A stretch of DNA of 64,000 nt, from NCBI GenBank assembly GCA_963823665.1, contig CAWGMQ010000010.1, positions 160,001 through 224,000 on the forward strand, in the 5' to 3' direction. Below, in pieces: positions 8,456-16,763 of this stretch. A model generated the notes under the pieces. The model ran no database searches and had not been told where the DNA came from. It saw nothing but the letters and a program-made list of their open reading frames with translations. This DNA is from an uncultured Planctomycetota bacterium (GTDB lineage Bacteria > Planctomycetota > Planctomycetia > Isosphaerales > Isosphaeraceae). The first letter of the stretch is position 1. Every line of letters starts with the position of its first letter. Made by a program: the position numbers and the translations under genes.

Positions 8456-11269
8456 ATGACTCCTGGGCATCGTATACACATGATCGAGTTTAGCGAAATC
8501 TTCAAAAAACTGACGGACAATCCGCCGCTCTCGTGGCAGTCACGGCTCTACGCCAACCACTTTGTCGGCGAAAACAGCCTGCCCGCTGTCATCGACCTGC
8601 CGACCGGACTTGGCAAGACGATGGTCATGGCGATCTGGTTGATCGCCCGAGCGACGAACCGCCGACTACCCACGCGGTTGATTTACGTCGTCGATCGGCG
8701 AACGGTCGTGGATCAGGCGACCGACCTGGCGGAGAGGCTGGTCAAAAACTGGAAGGAAAAGCGACTCTTCGCGGAAGACCCGCCCGCCATCTCCACCCTG
8801 CGCGGCCAACTCGCCGACAACCGCGAATGGACGCGCGACCCAACTAAACCTGCGATCATCATTGGCACGGTCGATCTCATCGGATCGGCCCTCCTCTTCT
8901 CGGGCTACCGGTCCAGCTACAAGCGTCGACCGCGCGAAGCGGGCTTGCTGGGACAAGATTCGCTACTTGTCTTGGACGAGGCACACCTGTCCAGACCGTT
9001 TGAAAAGCTCATCTGCGCCATAAACACCGACGGGCCATTTCAGAAAAACGGCGATGAGAAAACAAAAAGCAAGCCCATGTGCGTCATCCGCATGTCGGCC
9101 ACGAGCGGTGGCTTGATAGACTCGAAACCGCCGTTCATGTTGCAATTCGATTCCGATGGAAATCTGACCCGCGAGGATGCCAAAGACGAAACCACGATCA
9201 AGCGATTCGGCGCGTCAAAGACCTTGTCGATTGTCGAAGACGCGAAGTTGGTCGAAACCATCGCCAAGTACGCCGACAAACTGGCGACCGACAAGCCCGG
9301 GTCGCGAATCGTTATCTTCGTCCAAACACCCAAGCTGGTTGGTGATGTTCGTAAGGCGCTCGAAAAGAAGAACAAGGATTACGGCAGACGCACCGCGCAG
9401 TTGACCGGCACGATGCGTGGACTGGAACGCGATGAGCTCGTCGACACTGAAAGGCTGCCCGGCGAAGACGAGCACGAATGTCGGGCGATGCGACGGTTCC
9501 TCAAGCCTGACAATGACTCCTCACTCGGTGAGTGTTTCCTCATCTCCACCAGCGCCAGCGAGGTCGGCTTTGATCTCAACGCCGACCACATGGTCTGCGA
9601 CGCCACCACGATCGATTCGTTCATCCAGAGGCTCGGGCGAGTGAACCGTCGCGGCGACGGTGCGGCGACGGTCGTGCTCGTCCGTGAGCCAGCGAAGCTG
9701 AAAGACGGCAAGCCGGTCGAGCTCAATGGCCTCGGCCTCGCGATCGCCAACACGCTCAAGCTCGTCGAATGCGTGACGGATGTCAGCCCCAAGAACATCG
9801 CCGCGCTGAAATCAGACAAGTGGAGAGACACCTACGCGGCCGCCTGCTCGCCGGAGCCAAAGATGGTCGAGCTCACTGACATCCTCCTCGATGCCTGGAG
9901 TATGACCAGCATCGTCGAGCCCATGCCCGGCCGGCCAGAGGTGGGACCGTGGCTGCGCGGGATCGACGACGAGCTGCCGCAAACCACCATCGCCTGGAGG
10001 ACGGAAATTGATCTTGATGGCTTTGCCGACCTCGACATCGACGACATCGAAGAGTGGTTTGACACGCATCGCGTCTTCACGCACGAGGCGCTCAGTGTGA
10101 AGACCAGCGATGCCGCCGCATGGTTCAAGGAGCGCTGGGATGCGCTTCTCGAGGCGCAACAACGCGAACTCGATAAGCGGGCTGTTGTTATTGATCGCGC
10201 CGGGATTCAGGTCGTCCCGCTGAGGGAAGTCATCACTCGCCTCTTACGCAAAGCTGCCGACGCCGATGCCTTCCTGCGCGGCGCGGAGGTTATCGTCCCC
10301 GCGTCCTTTGGCGGCATCCGGCGCGGAATTGGCCTGCTCGACCACACTCAGCCGAAGCTCGATAAGGCCGAAGCAGAAAAGACGCTCGAAGAACAATCGG
10401 CGATACTCAAACAGCGGGAGGCTGACGTCGATGTCGCCGACGTCGCGCCCGGGCGCCCGCGGCTTCGGGAGATCATCACGACGACCGAAGACGGCGACAA
10501 AGAATCGAAAACGATTGGCAACGGCACAAGGCCACAGAACGCAGTGCCATTCCGCCTCCGCGTTGAATCCGACGACGACAAGGCTGTCCGCGTCGTCAGC
10601 TACATCTCGCGCCGGGAGAAGCCTGAATTAGGATTGCAAAGGCAGACTCTGCGAGAGCACGTCGGAGCGGTCCGCAAGGCCGTCGATCACATCCTCGCCC
10701 GACTCGCGCTCGCGAACCCTATGGAGCGAACCATTACGCTTGCCTCCCAACTCGCGGCCGACTACCACGACCACGGGAAGAACCGCGAACTCTGGCAACG
10801 GACAGTGAACGGCGAAGCAACCCCAGTGGGCAAAAACTGGCTCGATCACACTCTCGGCAAGTCCGGCGGCGAGATGAAGCGCGACCCTCGCGGCTATCGC
10901 CACGAATTTGGCTCACTTCGGGAGCTCACGGAAGCCTTCAATGCCGGAAAACTCCTCGAAAATGCCGACAAACCGATCACCGAGGAAGTTTTTGATCTCG
11001 CGATGCACCTCATCGCCACCCATCACGGCCGCGGTCGGCCGCATTTTCCCAGAGGGGCGTTCGATCCAGATTGCGAATCGCAATCGGATGCCATCCACAC
11101 CGAATCCATGCGCCGTTTCGCACGCCTTCAGCGCAAGTACGGCTGGTGGTACCTCGCGTGGCTGGAAAACCTGCTCCGCTGCGCCGACGCTCTAGCGAGC
11201 GAACAACCCAGTGACGGCGACAACAAGGACAACCGCGAGGCAAAGAAATCCGACGGAATCGAAACATGA
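8456..11269 (+). CDS. cas3: Type I-G (I-U) Cas3 helicase/nuclease with C-terminal HD domain
   Basis: LPTGLGKT, YVVDRRTVVDQ, LDEAH, MSAT, QRLGRVNRRG; C-terminal TLREH, YHDHGK, RHEFGS, THHGRGRP, RCAD. Alternative start at 8480. Confidence 0.95.
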   Translation: MTPGHRIHMIEFSEIFKKLTDNPPLSWQSRLYANHFVGENSLPAVIDLPTGLGKTMVMAIWLIARATNRRLPTRLIYVVDRRTVVDQATDLAERLVKNWKEKRLFAEDPPAISTLRGQLADNREWTRDPTKPAIIIGTVDLIGSALLFSGYRSSYKRRPREAGLLGQDSLLVLDEAHLSRPFEKLICAINTDGPFQKNGDEKTKSKPMCVIRMSATSGGLIDSKPPFMLQFDSDGNLTREDAKDETTIKRFGASKTLSIVEDAKLVETIAKYADKLATDKPGSRIVIFVQTPKLVGDVRKALEKKNKDYGRRTAQLTGTMRGLERDELVDTERLPGEDEHECRAMRRFLKPDNDSSLGECFLISTSASEVGFDLNADHMVCDATTIDSFIQRLGRVNRRGDGAATVVLVREPAKLKDGKPVELNGLGLAIANTLKLVECVTDVSPKNIAALKSDKWRDTYAAACSPEPKMVELTDILLDAWSMTSIVEPMPGRPEVGPWLRGIDDELPQTTIAWRTEIDLDGFADLDIDDIEEWFDTHRVFTHEALSVKTSDAAAWFKERWDALLEAQQRELDKRAVVIDRAGIQVVPLREVITRLLRKAADADAFLRGAEVIVPASFGGIRRGIGLLDHTQPKLDKAEAEKTLEEQSAILKQREADVDVADVAPGRPRLREIITTTEDGDKESKTIGNGTRPQNAVPFRLRVESDDDKAVRVVSYISRREKPELGLQRQTLREHVGAVRKAVDHILARLALANPMERTITLASQLAADYHDHGKNRELWQRTVNGEATPVGKNWLDHTLGKSGGEMKRDPRGYRHEFGSLRELTEAFNAGKLLENADKPITEEVFDLAMHLIATHHGRGRPHFPRGAFDPDCESQSDAIHTESMRRFARLQRKYGWWYLAWLENLLRCADALASEQPSDGDNKDNREAKKSDGIET

Positions 11270-11292
11270 ACCGACAACTGTGCCCACACCCG

Positions 11293-11712
11293 CTACGGCA
11301 GAATCGTGCAGCGAGCTCGTTGATACCGGCCAAATCCTTGGTCGAAGGAAACGACCTCGAAGCCGCTGAGCTCGGCGAACGCGGCCAAATAGGCATCGTT
11401 CCAAACCTTCGGCGAGAACTGCTCGCCTTGCGTATGGGAGCGCCAGATCGCCTCGACGCCGTCCGGCTCGTCGGCGAATGCGACATTGGGGTCGGCCAAG
11501 AATGCATCGTAGGCAAGCCAGGCATCAGACATGGTGACCGCGGCCGGCCCCATGGCGGCCGGGTTCGACGCCAGGCGCAGAAAGCCCGCTTGCGTAAACC
11601 GGCAGAAGCAACGCGGCGCGGTCGCCGCGCCAAACCAAGCGACCGCCGGCGCGTGATGCACGTGCCGCTTGAACGCCAGCGCGAGCCAGACATTGACGTC
11701 AAGCAGATGCAT
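11293..11712 (-). CDS. vapC: VapC-family PIN-domain toxin, antisense within the cas operon
   Basis: LLDVNVWLAL...HVHH, WNDAYLAAFA, VVSFDQGF PIN acidic motifs; 139 aa; start overlaps the antitoxin end. Confidence 0.9.
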   Translation of the reverse strand: MHLLDVNVWLALAFKRHVHHAPAVAWFGAATAPRCFCRFTQAGFLRLASNPAAMGPAAVTMSDAWLAYDAFLADPNVAFADEPDGVEAIWRSHTQGEQFSPKVWNDAYLAAFAELSGFEVVSFDQGFGRYQRARCTILP

Positions 11713-11926
11713 CGTCGCGATCCAGTATCTCAGCGATGCGCTCGTTGGTCAAATCAATATCAGGCCGCCCGTCATAGTCGAAAATCGGCAGCGCGACCGG
11801 CCGCCCAGCCCTCGCGGAACGTGGCGGTTTCGCTGGAAACGAAACAGAAACACGCGTGCCTTCGGGCAATGGCACCGGCAGGTCCAGCACAATTACGCCA
11901 TTCTCAACCCGGCCAAGTAAGTTCAT
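11699..11926 (-). CDS. Putative antitoxin (AF2212/DUF104-like), 75 aa
   Basis: MNLLGRVENGVIVLDLPVPLPEGTRVSV... N-terminal signature; overlaps vapC start by 14 nt. Confidence 0.8.
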   Translation of the reverse strand: MNLLGRVENGVIVLDLPVPLPEGTRVSVSFPAKPPRSARAGRPVALPIFDYDGRPDIDLTNERIAEILDRDDASA

Positions 11927-11990
11927 GCCCTCATTGTCACTTCTTGCCCGGCTGGAATCAAGCGCAGCCGCGGACGCAGGGAGAACAACC

Positions 11991-12872
11991 GTGACCACTC
12001 CCGAACCCAACATCAATATCCCCGTTGACCTGACCAATCCCGGCCAGTTCTTCGCCTCCTGCGGTCTACTCGAGCTAGCCGACCGCCTCTGGCCGGGGGC
12101 TGAAGGGGTTCCCGGAGTGGTTGGATGGTTCGAGCGACGGCACTTCTGCATGCTTACCGAGGACCGATCCAAAACGCTACAGGAACTTCTGGCACAGGCG
12201 CGGGAGGTGACGTTCGATGTCGGCGACGACTCAGAGAGCGAGGAGGACGACGAGGAAAATGGCAAGAATCAGCAAGTCGAGCCGATCCGCTTGCATTGGA
12301 GTAACGAAAAACACGCGATCCATCTCGATTGGTGGTCGGAGAAGGCCCTCAAACCATGGGCTGGCTCGATGAAGGAACGTGTGATACTTCGGGCAATGCT
12401 CACCGCCATTGATCCAACGAAAGATGACCCATTTAACCATCTCAAATTCGTTCCCTACCAATCGCCGAAACTGACGAAGGCGGGAAAGAAGTCGAAGCCG
12501 GAGAAAAAAGAGCCGTTCTATTTCGATCCTCGCCGCGGAAACAAATCGCATCCCCTTGACTGCGGTTTCTCACCTAACGCGCACGGCATGGAGGCTGAGT
12601 GTTGTCCAGCCCTGGAATCGCTCTGTTTCATCGGCCTACAACGCGCGCGGCCGGCGCCGACCGCAGTTGCGAATCAATCCCGCTACACCGTCTGGCACCG
12701 GGTGTCGGATGAACAGCCCGGGATACCGGCGAACCTCGTCGGCGCGGTTGCTTGTGCCGCCATTCGCTTGCCGCGTTCGAACGATTACATCTTTGACAAT
12801 TACTTCCGCAGCGACCAACGCAAACACAAGACCTTTTCCCAAGCGATCCTCGAAAGGAGCCTCCATGTCTGA
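11991..12872 (+). CDS. cas8u2: Type I-G large subunit Cas8u2/Cas8g (GSU0052 family)
   Basis: GTG start after AGGGAG; IPVDLTNPGQFFASCGLLELA, LDWW, KPWAG, FYFDPR, ESLCFIGLQRARP; lies between cas3 and cas7. Confidence 0.8.
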   Translation: MTTPEPNINIPVDLTNPGQFFASCGLLELADRLWPGAEGVPGVVGWFERRHFCMLTEDRSKTLQELLAQAREVTFDVGDDSESEEDDEENGKNQQVEPIRLHWSNEKHAIHLDWWSEKALKPWAGSMKERVILRAMLTAIDPTKDDPFNHLKFVPYQSPKLTKAGKKSKPEKKEPFYFDPRRGNKSHPLDCGFSPNAHGMEAECCPALESLCFIGLQRARPAPTAVANQSRYTVWHRVSDEQPGIPANLVGAVACAAIRLPRSNDYIFDNYFRSDQRKHKTFSQAILERSLHV

Positions 12873-14511
12873 GCAATCCGAAGCCCCGCGTACCGTCACC
12901 GATTTCGCGGCAGAATTCCTCGCCGACAATGCGGTGGCCATGATCGTCAAGCAGCACCTTTCGCCGGACGACATCGAGAATCCAGTGATCTTTCCACCGA
13001 CGTACTTGAGATCCAGAAACAAGGGACAGGCTGAAAAGGAGCCTGATGGAGAAGACAAGAAGGATAGGAAGAAGGATCAACAGCCGCAGTCTGTCTACAA
13101 CCTCAGCGACCTCGGCGACAGCCGAAATGTCGTCGATATCGACAGTCCACAGTCGGACGGGAACCGAAGCGAGCCACTCTTCAGATCCGAAGCGCTCAAA
13201 CACCTCGTGCCCCAAATTGTCATCGACGTCAATGGCACCCCGGTCAACATTCTTGATGCGGGCCACCGCGCGGGAGATGCCGTGGTTCGACTGTCGAGCC
13301 TCGCCGCTGAATTTCACACAGCATTCGAGCGTGCTGGTCTTGGCGACCACTCAGTGCTTGCCTCGCTCGCACCGACTTCGCTGCTCTACGGGGTTTGGGA
13401 TTCCCGATCAACTCAGACGAAGCTCCAACGCATCATCAAGGCGAGCGTACGCGCTGAGAATGTTCGAGAACTGACGCGGTCTGCAACATTCATCCCGGCA
13501 GCCGACTATGTTGCGGTCGGCGCTGTGAAGGAAGAATTGAACGCCGGCGACGGAGACAGCAATCCCTTGTCGTCGGAGGGAATGCTGCATGCACTCGCCA
13601 GTCAAACGCTCGGTGGCGTGCGCCTCACGAACCCAAAACTGCTCGTTCGATCAATAAAGATTAATCTCGTTGCGTTGCGACAGCTCAATGCGATCGTCGA
13701 ACCAGGCAAGCCGCCTGCTCCCCCCGCACTAAACAACGCAACCGAAGAGCAAAAGTTGACGTACACGAAGCAGATCGAGGAGTTTGAGGCTGCCAAGAAG
13801 AAGGCGGCTCTCGACTCACAACTTCGTACCGACGCGCTGCGCAAGTACATCCTCGGTCTGGCGCTGACTGTCGCAACGTCTGATCCAGACCTGAACCTTC
13901 GCGAAGGCTGTAATCTCCGCATTGTTGATGATCAGTTCCTTCTCATTCGGCATCGGAAAAATGATGAATCCATTGAATTCGACACGAACTTGGTGAAGAC
14001 GTTCGCCGACGACGGGGCTAAGGCGTTCTTTAAAGCAATGAAGATCGAGTTCGACAGGAAAGATCACCTTGACGCGAGGTTCGAGAAGGACGTCGCGGAG
14101 GAATTTCTCGGCTTAACGGACTCGAAAGGAAAGCTCAGCGGTGGAGAACGAGACAAGGCTCGCAAGATCGGGCCGATCACACGCGCAACAATGGATGAAT
14201 ACTCGCGACAACGGAGGAAGCGGGAGAACGCGGGTGATCCGATGGTCAAACTCCGCACGTTGATCGAGAAGGTGAAGCCGGTTTCCGGAGGAAGGAAGCT
14301 AAGTGCAGACGCGGAGAGACTCCGCGTCCACCTAACGGACAATGCGCCTGACACAGAAGATCTTAAAGACATACATGAACGGATACTCGGTATTCTCGAT
14401 TGCAACGATCCGCCCGAAGCAAAGGTCACGGCATTGAAGTCGGTCGTGTCGCCAGCGGAAAATCAGCCCGCTCATGCGCCAAACCCGGCAACTTCTGGGG
14501 TTAGCCAATGA
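12865..14511 (+). CDS. csb1: Type I-G backbone Cas7u (Csb1, GSU0053 family), long at 548 aa
   Basis: ATG after AAGGAG; VIFPPTY, IDSPQSDGNRSE, GHRAGDA, APTSLLYGVWDSR, LREGCNL. Confidence 0.9.
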   Translation: MSEQSEAPRTVTDFAAEFLADNAVAMIVKQHLSPDDIENPVIFPPTYLRSRNKGQAEKEPDGEDKKDRKKDQQPQSVYNLSDLGDSRNVVDIDSPQSDGNRSEPLFRSEALKHLVPQIVIDVNGTPVNILDAGHRAGDAVVRLSSLAAEFHTAFERAGLGDHSVLASLAPTSLLYGVWDSRSTQTKLQRIIKASVRAENVRELTRSATFIPAADYVAVGAVKEELNAGDGDSNPLSSEGMLHALASQTLGGVRLTNPKLLVRSIKINLVALRQLNAIVEPGKPPAPPALNNATEEQKLTYTKQIEEFEAAKKKAALDSQLRTDALRKYILGLALTVATSDPDLNLREGCNLRIVDDQFLLIRHRKNDESIEFDTNLVKTFADDGAKAFFKAMKIEFDRKDHLDARFEKDVAEEFLGLTDSKGKLSGGERDKARKIGPITRATMDEYSRQRRKRENAGDPMVKLRTLIEKVKPVSGGRKLSADAERLRVHLTDNAPDTEDLKDIHERILGILDCNDPPEAKVTALKSVVSPAENQPAHAPNPATSGVSQ

Positions 14512-16084
14512 CGTATCTACTCCTCACTGTCCGTTTCCTCGACGACCGTTACCATGGTCTTCTCGATCGCGGCGGGCCGCCGGAGTGGCCGCCTTCGCCA
14601 TTTCGATTGTTTCAGGCGTTGGTTGCCGGCGTGGCACGGCGGGGGGAACTTGTCTTTGGCGAAGATGTCCCGTCGAACGCGAGATTCACGCCCATCGGGC
14701 GAGCGCTCGTTTGGTTGCAGCGGCACACGCTGGAGCATCCCCCTATCATCATCGCGCCGAAATCAAAGCCCGGCCGGGCAATCACACGTTTCGTGCCCAA
14801 CAACGACGGCGACACGATTTTCGATCGGCAAGAACGACTGACCGCGAAGCCGACGTTTCCAACATTCTTCATCCTCGAAAGAGAACCAGACGCCGGAAGT
14901 GCATTTCGTCTGGGACATCGAAGGCAAGAGCGGTTGTCCAGTGGCGGGCATCGAGCGGGCCGCTCGCTCGCTGACGACACTCGGCTGGGGCATTGACATG
15001 GCTTTCGCCGACGCGCGCCCGGCGACCGAAGAACAGCTTCAACAACTTAAAGGCGTTCGCTGGTATCCCAAGAAGGCTGCCAGCCGGGGCGAAGGAATGC
15101 TGCGAACGCCGACCTACGACGAGAAGACGGGAGAATGCACCCTTTCCAATTTACGGCACTGCCACGAGAACCTTCATGAACCGAATCGAACATGGGCAGC
15201 CGCTCAGGACGGTGGATAAACCGAAGACCTTCGACCGAGTTCTGTACGCCAGCGTCGAACGGCCGCTCGGCAAGCCGCGATGCGTATTCAAACTCATCGA
15301 CCAAGACGACGACGCCTACCCCTACGCACACGCGAAACTGATCCACGTGGCGGGCATGCTGCGCCACGCGGCGATCAAACTAATGACTCGCAACCTACCG
15401 GCGCTCGTACTTGATCCGGATTGGGTAAATCGCGTCGTCCGAGGGAAGCGGGACGAGTCGACCGCAGCCGAGCACAAGCAGTTCTCTTATGTTCCCCTTC
15501 CCACGATCGGCCATCCGCACGCCGATGCGATGATCCGCAACGTCATGATCGTAGCGCCGCTCGGGATCGAGCGCGAGTTGAACTACCTGGCCGACCAACT
15601 CAACGGCCAGGCCCTCGAGCCCGAAGGCGAAGATGAACCGCGCAAGAGGGACTCGGCTCCGGCTGTGTCACGCCGCATCGAGCTCCAAAAGTTCACGCCG
15701 CCGCCCGGAAAGTTCATCGACAAGTGCTACCTCGGCACGTCCCGCGTCTGGCAGACCGTCACCCCAGCCATCCTGGACGGACACAACGATAAGAAAGCCG
15801 AAAAGACGATCAAACTCATCCAGGCGGCGCTTCAACGGTCCGGTATCGAAACCCCGTGCACCTTCACTTGGCAATCGACGCCATTCCTCAAGAATTGCCT
15901 CAGCGCCCACAAGTACGATCGAGACGGCCGGCACACCGGCTACCACAGACCGGCGCATCTCCGCGACCAGACCGCCGTCCACGTGCGTCTGACATTCGAC
16001 CACCCCGTTCCCGGCCCTCTGACCATCGGCGCCGGTCGACATTGCGGCTTTGGACTTTTCTCCGCGATTCAAGACAACCAGTAG
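14508..16084 (+). CDS. csb2: Csb2 (Cas5/Cas6 fusion, GSU0054 family); two apparent +1 frameshifts (~14877, ~15169)
   Basis: EWPPSPFRLFQALVA, LGWGIDMA, PLPTIGHPHADA, WQTVTP, GPLTIGAGRHCGFGLF spread over three consecutive ORFs; 1577-2=1575 nt restores one frame. Confidence 0.9.
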
Positions 16085-16178
16085 CGTCCATCGCGCTCAA
16101 TCGCCCGCGAAATCACCCCCATGCCCACCACCCGCCTCGGCACCCGCGACCTCCTCGCAACTGACAACTAACAACTGA

Positions 16179-16751
<573 letters not shown>

Positions 16752-16763
16752 GAGGACCCAACA

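Noticed and set aside
11266..11994. 242 aa plus-strand ORF bridging cas3 and cas8
   Set aside because: Antisense shadow of VapBC, Arg-rich and without family motifs
14508..16084. csb2 as a pseudogene or three separate genes
   Set aside because: Two single-base insertions, one with the window-wide error signature, restore one complete Csb2
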